A stretch of DNA of 61,749 bases from Negaprion brevirostris (Eukaryota): positions 30,854,103-30,915,851 of the forward strand of contig JARDVH010000163.1 of assembly GCA_030324005.1 (NCBI GenBank). Reading direction: 5' to 3'. The notes under the pieces were generated by a model. It was not told the origin of the DNA and searched no databases. It saw only the letters and a program-made list of their open reading frames with translations. Both the position numbers and the translations under genes were made by a program. Positions 24,431 to 37,657 of this stretch are shown here, piece by piece. Every line of letters starts with the position of its first letter. Within the stretch, counting starts at the first letter, position 1.

Positions 24431-25114
24431 ATTTTTTTTGGCCAGTGTATTTATATGTTTAACTTCTCCAGAAATTNNNNNNNNNNNNNNNNNNNNNNNN
24501 NNNNNNNNNNNNNNNNNNNNNNNNNNNNNNNNNNNNNNNNNNNNNNNNNNNNNNNNNNNNNNNNNNNNNNNNNNNNNNNNNNNNNNNNNNNNNNNNNNNN
24601 NNNNNNNNNNNNNNCTTTAGACTTAGTGATGATTCTATTGCGTGACAAAAAATTAATAGCCTGCAGTTTAAAAGATTTCTACTCATACCAACATCAGATC
24701 GAGTCACACTGAAACATGTTTAACTACCACAGTTTGCACTGGACCTACTAATCCAGCTGCTGTTGAGTCGTTTTCTATTTAGTACTGCATCTCTGTCAGT
24801 AACTCCTTCTTGAGATCAGCGCACTTAGCTGTTCATCTCGCCTGCCACGATGGTCATTGCATTTAACTCAAGAAATCTTTCTCTCAGGCTGCCTCCCCTC
24901 TGCCTATTCACAATTAATGTCTAAGCACGTGCATTTCCAGTTTAGCGAATTTTCCCCCTTTTTAACACAGAGGCACAGAACTGAGGTATGATTTTCAAGT
25001 GTAACTAGCAAAGGACTGCATGATATTACTTCAGGTGGTATATGAATTTTAATCATCAAGTTCCTGTAATGTTGACCATTTTGTAATTAAACAATTGGGA
25101 ATAAAGCATCAGAT

Positions 25115-25245
25115 GATATGGATTTCAAGGATATGGGACAAGTGCTGGAAAATGGAATTAGCGTGACTTTAGTTGCAGTAATTGTCGGTGCAGACTTGGT
25201 GGGCTGAAGGACCTTTTCTGCGCTGTATGACTCTACGACTCTACG
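25115..25245 (+). mobile_element. CR1 3' tail
   Basis: caaggatatggg..ggtgcagacttggtgggctgaaggacc..(gactctac)n. Confidence 0.75.
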
Positions 25246-25534
25246 GTCCTGCCTAAGTGAACACTGACTTTGTGACTCACAGAACACTTGCGTTAAATAA
25301 TTTTCAGTGAATTTCTAAACCGAGGGGAACTATAGAACTGTAAAGAACTGACCTGTAATTTTTTTACAGATGTATGAACTAAACTAAGACAAATATTATT
25401 AAATACATTTATTTTTGAGCAAATATGGTTTATTTCACTGAATGAAACAGAAATCCTCACTGCATAGTTTTGTTATAGATCTTACCATTTTATAATACAG
25501 CCAATTGAATCACAGGTGTTATGCTTTCTTAAAC

Positions 25535-25860
25535 TTTTCATGGGATGTGGGCACGACTGACAAGGTCAGAATTTGTTACCCATCCCTAATTGCCCTTTGG
25601 CCAGCTAAGCAGGGGGTAATTAAGAGTCAATCACATTGCTGTGGGCCTAGAATCACATGGAGAACCAGACCAGGTAAGGATGGCAGATTTAGTGAACTGG
25701 ATGAATTTTTACAACCATCAATGATAGTTTCACGATCACCATTACTGAAACTAGCTTTCAATTCCAGATTTTATTAATTGACTTAAATCCCCACACCATG
25801 GTGGGACTTGAACCCATGACCCCCTCAGCCTAGTGACATTACCAGTACACCATCATCTCC
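25535..25860 (-). mobile_element. Crack/Zenon-like LINE or derived SINE 3' fragment
   Basis: 'tcatgggatgtgggc..atttgttacccatccctaattgccctt' is antisense to the tails at 45130-45190 and 59690-59750. Confidence 0.6.
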
Positions 25861-28354
25861 CCTCCTGAGCATATCCTACTTCCTTCCAATAGCCTGGTCA
25901 TTGTTTCAGGAATGTAAAGCTTAGTAACTATTCCCACATCATTATAATATCCAAAAAAAAAGCTTAATTGTATGATCTACGCTCTATTAGAAAATTTCAA
26001 AAAGATACATGGGGACTCTTCGAAGCCAGAATAAAATGTAGAACATATTTAAATCGTGTATTGAAAGAGAAATAGAATAGGAAAGATTTACACCTAAAGA
26101 TGCTGGCCTAGAAGTTGAATCACGCTCAGAATAATGGAGTACTACATGTGACAGGACAACGACAAATCAGTCCTCTGGCCCCATGGGGGAGTAAAATGGT
26201 GAGCTCTTTATCCATTGGTAGCCTCAGAGGCAGCTTGCCGATCACAGGACCAGCTACCTAGCTGGTTCAGATGTCAGATGAGGGCCCCAGGGGAGACACA
26301 CAAGGAGGTAAACAGGAAGGGCAAGCACTCTCCCAGTTCCACAAAATCCACTATAAGCTTCTGGGTCTCAACCTCCAGTAATCCCATTAACACTGCATGG
26401 AACTCGCTGTTGTCATTTGCAAATTTCTCAAAACGACTTCAAACAGAAGCCATTGAATTGTGTGCACAGTGTATCGCAGTTAGAAGCACACGCCAATATA
26501 CCTGGGTGCCTACTGAACAACCTGACCAATATGGTACACTTCTGGCACAGAATGAATGCATGCACACCGGCCTGCCATGTTTGATCCTTATGCTTCCGTT
26601 TTGCATAGAGCATTTCAATTACTGGCTTGTTGTGTTTGTGAACTTCTCAAGGGTAACACAGTAAGCTGTAAAATAAATCTTTTGAGATGCATCTCAATCA
26701 CTGACTCCTTCAATGTTCTAATCTAGAATATTTTACACATAAACTCATGCATAAAATGTTGAGGAACCATAATGGGACGCCTACTTGCAAAGTTCAGGCT
26801 GCTATCAGCCTACTTTTGGAGCATAGAGAATGGGAAAGAAAAACGGCAAAGCATGTACAATTGATAAAGAGTCGCATGAAAGAAGAGGGTTGGCCAATGA
26901 ATAAACATTCAGTTTACCAGTAACCGTGTTTATATTGCAGTGAATAACTTTCGAGAGTACATGCATAGAGTTCAGATTCAGAAAATTCCTCCTTTGTCAA
27001 GGGGGAGTGGCTCACTATTTAAAGTTAAGGTGAGGGGACATGAGGGGCAGATGGAACCTGCTTTTGCAATGAAAGACTTTTTTATGCTATTTATGATAAT
27101 CAGTGGGAATGTTCCTCATCCATTTCAGATGATTCGGTAATGAGGTTGCACAGAATGTGCTCACATTGTTCTGGAGAGACCATTAAAACTCCCACTTGCA
27201 ACGTTAGCAGCCCCTCTCTTTACACAGAGGCCTTGGAAAGTTTAAAGCAACAATAAACTGAGAGTATCTTCAAACATACAGAGGAACGCCTTTGTTTTCT
27301 GCCTTTTGAACCTTTTCAAAACCCCATTTTGAAGGGTGTTTTCGTTCTGTTTCTCAGCATTACTGAACTCAAAACTCCCTGTTGTTTAGTAACACACAGA
27401 ATGTGAACTCAATTGTCTTGAGTTGCCATGCTCCATATGCTAAGTGTATGTAGGTATATGTTAGTGTGTTAGGAATAAACTTCATCTACATGTATAGTTA
27501 AAAATAAGCATAACTCAGCCTATAGATTTTCTGTTAAAATGACCACGCAATTGTGTACTAAACTATAGGTTTCACTCTGCAGCATTGATTTGGAAAAGAA
27601 AAGGAATGGAGAAAAAAACAATTAATGAACTACTCTTATCTTTCATAAAGTAACTTTGTTATTTTGTTACTAATTGCCACCAAACCATTTACGCTCATTT
27701 ATTTAGTGAGTGCTAATGACATAAAGCATACAGCATAACCGAGTTTCTTGTTTTAAATGCTTCCCTGAGAAAAGTCAAATAAAAACCTAGCAATTGCTAA
27801 TTCCCTGATGAGCTCACAACAATATTATCAGATTCATGCTGCATATATTTCAAAGTGAACAGTCTAATGAATAACGTCATTGCGATACAGAGGTCCTTTC
27901 TCATGCAAGCATCCTCATAAGTCACTATATTGCTCACAACTTTTTAATGTGTATTTATCCTTCAAACTTGTTTAATGATTTCCATGCTTGAATCGTCTTA
28001 CGATAAACGCAATGAAGGAGATGAACATATATTACTCTGTTGTGAATGCAGGCTATTGAACTCTCCTACATAGCATTAACTACGACCAGTGCAAAACAAT
28101 GTTATTTACTAGGTGAGGTATAAACAAGATCAGCCATTATGATTTTAAATAGCACTTTGGCTGTATTTTGATTCCTAAAAATGATCTTACAGCTGCAGAA
28201 TCTAGATTCTTTTTACTTTTCATACCTATCAACTTGATTCACAAAGATACTTAAAGCAAATATAAAATTGCTGAAGACTAAATCAGATTCACAGTCAGTT
28301 AGTTGTCTTTGGGCATTAGTAAAATAGTATGAGCCTAGACTTTCTGAGCAGTGT

Positions 28355-28420
28355 TATTTTTATTTATTAGAGTCTCAAGTAGGTTTACATTAACACTACC
28401 ATGAAATTACTGTGAAAATG
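28355..28420 (-). mobile_element. V-SINE alternative tail only
   Basis: tttattagagtctcaagtaggtttacattaacactaccatgaaattactgtgaaaat. Confidence 0.65.
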
Positions 28421-28949
28421 TTCCCTGGTTAATGCCATCGTTAATATAACCTTGATGGGTGAACGCCTGTCAGAAGAGATTGGAAAGAGAAGAGAACATT
28501 CAAAGTAAGTTTTCTAAAAAAAATTATTGGGTGACCATGGGACCAGTGCTCTATGCCCCAAAAACTTAGGGTTCTCCTAGCCAAGCTATCCCCAGAAAGG
28601 TGAAGCCTAAGACATTTTGGAAAGAGCCTTCATGCAACTACTATGTCAGAAAGAAAGAAAGCAGATTGCTTGCTAGGGTTAGAATTTGCAACAGGCACAG
28701 GGAAAGGCCTAACTCTTTCACAAGGCTTTGGAGGGGAGGGGAATAAGAGAAACTGGAGATCCATTTGCAACAAGTAAGGGGAATGGAGGGGAGGAGGTGA
28801 TGGTGGCCAGGCCATCAAACGGCAGTGCAGCAAGCAACTGGTATGTGTGGGGTTAGGTAATAAGGGGACGTGTCGTAAGGGAGTCAGGTTTAATCTATCA
28901 GGAATCCACAGTTTCATATGTGTTTGTAATGTGCTGATGTTTCAACACC

Positions 28950-29600
28950 TGGCTGGAGGCATTCTTGTTCTGTTGGCTGGTCAATCCAGTCTTGTTCTGC
29001 AACAGACCAACCACTCTGCTCCCCCTCAATTTCTAAGGCTTCATCTTCTCGAGATGTTGCCGCTTTGTTGCCAGCCACTCGTCTTTCAGTCTTCTCTCTC
29101 CCTCCAATTAAGAACTCCATATCCTGAATAACAAAGAGGAGACTTGTGCTGTTTCAAGAGAGACACATAACTCCCCTGTCCCTATGCATCCCCTTGCCAC
29201 GTGCGGGCCACATATTCTAATTGGCACCCAAACTCCTTATCACGTACTGATGGTCAGCATGCATTTCCTAGCCTGGTCTCTCTCCCCACTTGCAAAGTCC
29301 CTTTGCTTGATAACTTCAGGAGAGGTCCTTTGGTGCAATGTCCATTGTCACTTATCCTAGCTGATCGGAGAAGATCATTCATTCTTTTGTGGCACTGTGC
29401 TCAAGTTCATATTTGAACCACGTGGCTTCTCACTTCACCTGCAATCCCTACCCAGGTCACCTTGGTCAAGTAAGTGTGTCTTGTTTTGCTGACCTTTCAT
29501 AGCTTGTCGTGACCTGAAATTGAATCAGTAGAGGCATACACCTCCTGCTCACCCCACCTTCTAATTGCGGAAGCAAAAATGGGTGCCACTTATGCTCATG
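28950..29600 (-). pseudogene. PIF/Harbinger Myb/SANT-like gene remnant, two exons
   Basis: Exon 1 VAPIF...TKVTWVGIAGEVRSHVVQI*T*AQCHKRMNDLLRSAR, decayed donor ATAAGT, acceptor ctttgttattcag, exon 2 ...REKTERRVAG..REDEALEIEG. Confidence 0.7.
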
Positions 29601-30149
29601 TATCAGGAACTGCAATGTAAATGATGATTTGCAAATTTAGCCATTTGAGTACTAAAACAGTGAGCAGTGTCTTGTTTTGAATTGGGCCCCAGTTTGTATA
29701 GTAAATGTGCTTGTCACTTGCTCAGACAGGTCAAATGCCCAGTGATATAAATAACATCAGCTAGATCATTGACATTAATGAGTTGGAAGCTCAAACTCCA
29801 TCACTTCGGTAACCTTACTGCTTCATCTCTGCCCAGTGAATGTCCCATACCTGAGGCATTAGAAATTCTGTAGTGGTCCCAATGGTGAGAATTTTAATTC
29901 ATGTGAATGGGACCATAATGGAAACAAAGTACCTTGTTGACTGCCAACAGGTGTCAAACTAAACAAAACTAAAATGTTGTCAAGAAGCAAACTCTACATC
30001 TGAAGTTTAAAATCAAAATCTTTTATAATGGAAGCAATGATTTGAGTGCCTTCTCCCAACTAAAAATCAAGGCATTCAGAGAATGCTTACAAAACTCTCT
30101 GCAATAGCTGACGAAATGTATAGCAGGTAACTACTCCTCTATGTAAACC

Positions 30150-30480
30150 ACTGAAGAAAGAAATTAAACTTGCATGTAAATGTTATCATGAGAACAACTT
30201 GGATGTGTTCAAGTAAGTCATCTCAATCTTCATTACTGAAGTACTTGGGTAGTAGCAAGGACTGAAATTTGCTTGCAAATCACTATGATGACCGGGAGCA
30301 GAAAGATCTCCCATTGAAACAAATAAAGAATTGTTAGCCATTGTTTTTGATTTGGAAAGGCAACATGTTTTTGGGTAAAGAATCCCATTCAGAATAGATC
30401 AGAACTCTCTGGAAGCCATTTGTTAAAAACAGTCTAGTGCATTGAAAGTCTCCAAAGAATTATTTGAAGGTACTAATTTG
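30150..30480 (+). mobile_element. Heavily decayed Gypsy RNase H remnant
   Basis: FACKSL...KELLAIVFDLERQHVFG..IDQNSLEAI resembles FASRSL..EKELLAIVFG.ERFHQY.FG..TDHKPLEAI. Confidence 0.5.
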
Positions 30481-31055
30481 TTATTGGTTGTGAGAGGCAG
30501 GGAGATATTTTTTCCTGGCATGTCACTGGAAAGGTTGACACAGAGAAAATCATGATGGTGGAGGTTTGCAAAAAGGCTGTGTGCCGATGAGGTTATGGTG
30601 CCCTGGTGTAGTGATCAGTCATGCTGGAGTGGCCCGCTTTGGCTTGGTTGCATCAACTGTAGCCCCAGATTGGTTATCTCCCCAGTTACCCCCTTTCCCA
30701 TTTCAACTCTTCAGCTAGCACCGAACATTGGAAATAAGGCTCTCAGCAAGGTGCTTTTGGGCAGGATTTCTTCTATACAGGGGCTGTTTGAGTCAGAAAA
30801 AACTGACCTCCTTCAAGACCTGGAGACTTTTGGTCGTGGAGAGTAGCAGGATATTAGGCTGGCCAAGTGTGTGCCAATGGACTGTGATCACTCTGAATCA
30901 GAGAACATCCTAAAACTCTGCAGTTGCCTCATCAATTACCCCTCAATATACTATCAATGCTTACTTCAGAAGATGGTCTGGAGGACACAGTCCTACCACC
31001 AATTTAGCCATCATTATCAGATGCCATGGTCGTCACCAATTTAGCCATAGTTATT

Positions 31056-31546
31056 ACCAACTTTTACAAATACACCATAGAAAGCATTCTTTCTGGTTGT
31101 ATCACAGCTTGATATGGCTCCTGCTCTGCCCAAGACCACACGAAATTGCAAAGGGTTGTGAATGAAGCCCAGTCCATCATGCAAACCAGCTTCTCATCCA
31201 TTGAATCTGTATACGCTTGCCACTGCCTCAGAAAGACAGCCAGCATAATCAAGCATCCTGGACATGCTCTCTTCCAGCTTCTTCCATTGGGAAAAAGATA
31301 CAGAAGTCTGAGGGCATGTGTCAACTGGCTCATGAACAGCTTCTTCCCTGCTGCCGTCAGAACTTTGAATGGACTTACCTCATTTTAAGTTGATCTTTCT
31401 CTATATTCTAGCTCCGACTGTAACACTACATTCAGCACCACCCCCTTTCCTTCTCTATAAACAGTATGTTTTGTCTGTATAGCTCACTTGAAACAATAGT
31501 TTTCACTGTATGTTAATACATGTGATAGTAACAGATCAAATCAAAT
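31056..31546 (+). mobile_element. Rex1/Babar-type LINE 3' fragment
   Basis: TNFYKYTIESILSGCITA*YGSC..LQRVVNEAQSI..HPGHALFQLLPLGKRYRSL; (atcaa)n tail. Confidence 0.9.
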
Positions 31547-32560
31547 TGATGTACCTGTGCTGGAAAGCAGACATGAGGACCTAAGACTTTGACTCTTCTG
31601 TCTTTATCTTTTTATTCTCCTTGGCTATAATGTTGGTGTTGCACTGTAGCAACACGAGTTGTTAGCATTGCTATGTAATTCTTTCTTTCCTCCTTGTTGG
31701 TTTATGCATAAGCAATTGCAGCAAAGTAAATTTCCGTAGGACAATGAGGTGAATGGAATTGAATAGAATGTTCAATTCAAGCATGTTTGGAAGTGCAAAT
31801 AGAGATTGAGCCCATCAGTATACCCCAACCCTTATCCCTATTTCAACATAGAAGCATCAAGATTCAGCAAATAACTGGCAGTTGAAGATCTGAAATTACT
31901 GTGGAGGGTAACAAAGGATGACCTTATCACAAAAATGAAACGTGACAATAGAACGTTTGTTGTCTTAGTTAAAATATTTATTGGATTCTGCTTTACTGAT
32001 CTCAACATAAATAGGGCCAATATTGGTTAGTGCTCTTTGTTACTGCAATCTGTATAAGTATATATAACAGTCAACATTGTAAAGGATCACTTCAACTGCA
32101 TATTCCAAAGGACTACTTCTTAATGGTTCTCTGATAGGTTTCATTCAGTTCAATTTGATCAATTTGACACTTGGTTAGGTATAGCACGCTGATAGATGTC
32201 TTTGAAGTTTATTCTTAAGTCGCACAGACACCTGTGTGGACAAACATCCTCAGCAATTTACAACTTGTGATTGCCCACTATAATTATGAGAGATTTTTAT
32301 TTTGATGTAATTTATTCCGGCAAGTCTTCAGAAGATTCTGAATGGTGTATTTGTGGCTGATTATCTCAGTCATCAGAGACTGAGTTGTGTATCAATGGTT
32401 CTGTGGTTGTGTCCTGCCATGTAAGAAATGAGCAAGTGAATAGTATTTTAAGGATCGATTTTAACGTTGACCATTAACATTAGAAAACATCACTGATGCT
32501 TTGATGTTTCAAGGAGTGTATGAATTTGTAAAAATTTATTGTAAACAAATGTTGTACTGA

Positions 32561-32770
32561 GTATAAAGACAAAATACTGCAGATGCTGGAATCTGAAACA
32601 AAAACAGAAAATGCTGGAATATCTCAGCAGCTCTGACAGCATCTGTGGGGAGAGAATAGAGCCAATATTTCGAGTCAGGATAAAGGATCATCCAGACTTA
32701 AAATGTTGCCTCTCTTCTTTCTCCACAGATGCTGTCAGAGCTGCTGAGATTTTCCAGCATTTTCTGTTTT
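32561..32770. mobile_element. Palindromic Penelope-like element, family 2
   Basis: Inverted arms 32598-32680 / 32689-32773 meeting at two truncated hammerhead halves; tgttgtactga duplicated at 32550-32560 and 32771-32781. Confidence 0.85.
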
Positions 32771-34145
32771 TGTTGTACTGAACACTGTTCACTTAAAACA
32801 AAGATACTAAAGAGGTTACCAGTCTTTGAAAAGGAGAATTCAATCAACAGGAAGAGGGAAATGATGCCAACTCAATTGAAAAGTGCGAGTGGATATCAGA
32901 TTTGAGTGTAACATATGAAGTTGAGCGGTATTTAGTAGTAATAGGAAATACCTATGGAAGATGGAAATGGTCTGTGGAGAGACCTAAGTACCCAATTACA
33001 GTCCTCATTTCACAAGAGTATCTATCCAGTAAACAAACCATAACAACAACACATGCAGATTAAACAACGCGGCTGAAACTTCTGCTGGAAAAAGTTCCCA
33101 CCAACAATAGAGATCACTATCCCAAATAAAGTAGAATAAAGGTGCTTGATGGGATTGTTCTCCTCCTCTCAGGAAACCAGGGGCTGTGTGCTGGTGTTTT
33201 CCTGATTTACATTGTCTGCAGGGATTACTTCTGACCGGGAATGCTGGATCATGGTACCAGCTCTAATATTTGATGTAGCAGTTACTTCCACTTCTCTAAC
33301 ACAGCAATATGAAACAGTGTGCAAATTCTAAAATGGGGTGCCAACACTATTTTCATTCTAAGCAGACAAAAGGAAATACTCAGATACTTTTTTCCACTTT
33401 GAAAGGATTGGAATGCTTTTTATTTAAGTGCTTGGGGTCTATTCTCCACTTTAGCATCCAGAGAAATATTCTGCAGTCTCCACCTGAATAGATATATAAG
33501 CCACGTTTAGTATCAGTCAGCAGAAGTTGTAAATCTTGTCAAGGTGCGTCAAATGGTTTCTTTTTTTTAAATCAACCAATAAATGAACTATGTCTATCGA
33601 ATGGTCTGGCTGAAAACTAACAAAATTTAGTGATCATTACTTGGAAGATAATAGATTCATCTTGCTCTGAAATGCACCCCTTAAACCTCTCCTCCCACAA
33701 TCTAAGGGTATAATCTTACCAGCCATTTTCACTGCGCTCCGGCTGCAGCTAGATCAGAGAAATTGACACCCAGCTGAACTCCGTTCACTACAGTGGGATG
33801 GGAAAATCCCACCAGCATGAATGGTGGTAACATCTCTTCTTCAAGTTGTTCATAAAATCCTATCTCTTCAGGCAAGGTTTGGTCACCAGCACCAGTTCCC
33901 ATCTCGCTTTATGAAGTTCGGTGTCAAATATTGTCCGATAACAAAGAGTCTTGAGGTGTTTATCTACATTAAGGGTGCTATATAAATACAAGTTATTGGT
34001 GTTTAAGTGGCATCAGCCCCAACTAAACAAATTGCTTATTTTCTTAACCTAGAAGATACACACCAAGTATAGCCATTTCACTGCGGCACAAAGGCTGCTG
34101 GCATTTTGGAACTATGGCTACAGGAGATGTCATACTCAAAGACTT

Positions 34146-34450
34146 ATAGAATCCCTACAGTGCGGAAGAAGGTCATTCAGTCCATCGAGCCTGTCCCGAC
34201 AACAATCCCACCCAGGCCCTATCCCTGTAAACCCACGCATTTACCCAGCTAATTCCCTCGACATTAGCATTGCCAATCAACCTAACCAGTAAATTGTTGG
34301 ACTATGGGAGGAAACCAGAACACCCTGGAGGAAAGCCACACAGACAGGGTGGGGACAATATGCAAACTTCACAGAGACAATCATTCAAGGCTGGAATTAA
34401 ACCCAGGTCCCTGACACAGTGAGGCAGCAGTGCTAATCACTGTGTGCTGT
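34146..34450 (-). mobile_element. HE1-type V-SINE
   Basis: Antisense head, V-domain and CR1-like tail. Confidence 0.88.
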
Positions 34451-37391
34451 CTTTATACTGGAAAGGAAAACCTACAAAAAAGGAGAAAAATCAGGCCAGG
34501 CAAGAAAAAACATCCAACATTTTTGATCTGAAGTCAAACCTCTACATTTTCAGTTGCAAAGCTGACCTGTGAGGCAACAAAAAAAAACTATTTTCATTAG
34601 GCAAACTATACTTCACCCAGCAAAAAGAGCGGAAAACTTGCCTTGTGAGCAATTTAAATTGAATCTTTACGCTCTCCTGTGCTGGAGTATTGGCACAAAT
34701 AAAATGAATATGTTGTTACATTTGTTTTAAATGGTAATCTTCAATACAACCTTATTATTGGTCAAAATAAGAAGGGAAATAAACCACTTAAGAGAAAGAT
34801 ATCTGCGTTTTTTCTAAATGTGATTTTAAAAGTCAACAAAGTTTCCTAAAAGCAATATTTTAGTTTTTAAAAAATTAATATTATAATGAAGTTCAGAACA
34901 TGGTTTACTTTTTATTTCAAAGCATTTACACTCCTACATTTGCAGTCCTATGATTGGCATATATTCTAACAGACAACTTATTTGTTTGATACCAGGGGGC
35001 TGATAAATTTAACAGATATAATTTGTCATCTCCTGAGGAGAGGTTAAGGGCTAAGAGCAGAGATTCCTTTGAGTTGGCTCTCCGCCACTGTGNNNNNNNN
35101 NNNNNNNNNNNNNNNNNNNNNNNNNNNNNNNNNNNNNNNNNNNNNNNNNNNNNNNNNNNNNNNNNNNNNNNNNNNNNNNNNNNTGCAGCGCAGACAAATT
35201 TCTAGCAGCAGGAAGTTGGAGCGTTCCCGCCTGGCTGTATGAAAAGTACCTGTAACCTCCACACAACCTCTCCTCTCCCTCACGCTGAGAGTTCACATCG
35301 TGTGAGTCTCATGCTGCTCTCTGCAATCAGTCAGCAGCCTCTGATTAAGCCACTAAGAGGGAGCTGCTATTAATTTCAAAATAACATTTTCACCTTATTT
35401 CAATAGACCCTTGAGCTTTAAAGGCTCAGTTCTGAAATATAATTTGAATCACCAAATAAATGTCAGGTTGCAAATTGCTCACAGCATTATAGCACTTTGT
35501 GTATTTAATTAAGCTGAAGAAATTAAACAATCTTATTTTCCTCTTGCAAGAATTTAACAAGTAAGCATAAAGAGCACAAAGAATTTAAAAATGTGAGTAC
35601 AACACAATATAGCAAACTATCTTCTCCCCGGCATCCATCTTGAAAAATGGTGATAATGAATTTAGCAAATGATTTATTAAATAGTCAGGTTTGATTAATT
35701 TAAATATTTTACTAGGGTGTGTTTGAATGCATTGTGAAAATAGGACTTAGGTTGTGCCTATCTTTGATACCAGTTAAAAAAAAGCAAACATAAGATTAAC
35801 AGTCAAACAAATTTCTTCAGATTTTAAACAACATATTATTTTATAAATGGAATGCTAATGGTTAAATATTTCTGGATGAAGCGGCAGTAAGCAGCCTTCC
35901 AAGGAAAAATCAGATTTCAGACTTCCCTGGCACTTGTAACAAAAGCCCAGGTATGGAGCCTCTGCTGGAGAGTGACCTTTCACATCTGCAGCTAACATGC
36001 TGCGAGCAGCCTGCACAATGGAGCTCAAGGCTGGTCAGTGCACTGACCCTGGCTGCCAAAGCTACCTGCTGCTCTCTTCAAAGAAATCAAACACAGGGGC
36101 TGCCCTCAGAATGATGAAAAACCCCTGCGATAATAACAAGGCAGCTAATGCGCTCAGAACTCGTGGTGGCTATTTTATCTGCCATCAATAAGATTTATGC
36201 TCCAGAAGCTATTATTTCCTAAACATTTTGGAATTGCTTTGACTTATTTTTTTCTTCTATTGTGTAGCTAGTTAGTAATGCCCTCTAAGCATCACTAACT
36301 GATTATGTGCACTCCATAAAGACTGAATCCCTATTAACAATGGCTAATACCAGCACGCAATTATAAAGTGCTCAAGCCTTTCTGTCAGATAAAACAACGC
36401 TCCAACACTGAACTATCTTTCTCCAGAGGAAAGTGATACTTTAATATGTTATAAAACTATTTAAACCACAGTGCATTTTTCTGCTGGAGGTGTTATTTTT
36501 CATAATATGTTCAATGAACAAAAATATTGTAAGTAACTGAAATTGTGATTATATTTTGCTGAGTAAATATCTTTTTTTCCTTACAAGCTGTAAACAGCTG
36601 TTTAAAACTTGTATAATCAATGTCTCGTTGTTTGAAATGTTCTCAGGCTTGTACTGTTTGCTGAGATTGACACTTAGTGAGATAATCCGGAGTGAATCAA
36701 AGGAGATTGCAGATCTATGATTTAAGAATCTTGATTTAATTCTGCTTCATAAGATTATGCAATAGCATTGCTTTGTAGATGTTTTGCAACACAATAAATG
36801 TCAGATTAAATGGAAATGGCTCTGACATGTCAGAAGTGAAATTATCTGATTGTATTACTGATTAAAATTTCAGATACTAACTTCAATCTTTTGATTAATT
36901 TGAAAATGTATTTAAACAAAATAGGCTTCAGAAATAATTGAATCAAAATCAAATCGCCTGAAATAAACTGTTAAAACAAAGGTCAGAGAGACTGTTAGAC
37001 AGAATCCTACACCACTCAGCACAGCAGTAATTTTGTATCCATTTCTGTGCTTGTTTACTTGACTTAGGTAATGAATCAAGTAAAATTTTGTTTGCAGGTA
37101 TTTTTGGATTTTGTGGGGAGGGATATAAAAATAGATCATCCAAAGTGATTGGCACAGAATGATCAAGTTAGGATTGAGGAACCAGCTCGACATCCATATT
37201 GTCCAGCCTTTGGCTAAATTGGAGAGCATCTAATTGTCTTGCAATATTCCTGGTTAGGAGTTTCATCTTAACATGAAAGTCATACCTTCGTGAAACAATA
37301 CTTTCCCTGCTGTGCTTGTTGGGAATACCCTGTATGTTCACCTTGCCCCTATAAAATAGGTAGGAAAAGTTTAGATATAGTTGAGAGGGAA

Positions 37392-37657
37392 GGGCAGTAC
37401 AGTGGCATAGTGGTTAGCACTGCTGCCTCACAGCCTCGGGTGACTGTGTGTGGTGTTTGCATGTTTTCTCCATGTCCGCGTGGGTTTCCTCTGGGTGCTC
37501 CAGTTTCCTCCCAGAGTCCAAAGACGTGCGGGTTAGGTGGATTGGCCATGCCCCTTAGTGTCAAGGGGGATTGTGTAGGGGATAGGGCCTGGGTGGGATT
37601 GTTGTCCGTGCAAGCTTGATGGACTAACTGGCCTCCTTCTGCACTGCAGGGATTCTA
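37392..37657 (+). mobile_element. HE1-type V-SINE (B-box region deleted)
   Basis: gggcagtacagtggcatagtggttagc head; V-domain; tail ggcctccttctgcactgcagggattcta. Confidence 0.88.

Noticed and set aside
30490-30950. Possible Tx1/L1 or DIRS remnant
   Set aside because: Translations gave no convincing motif
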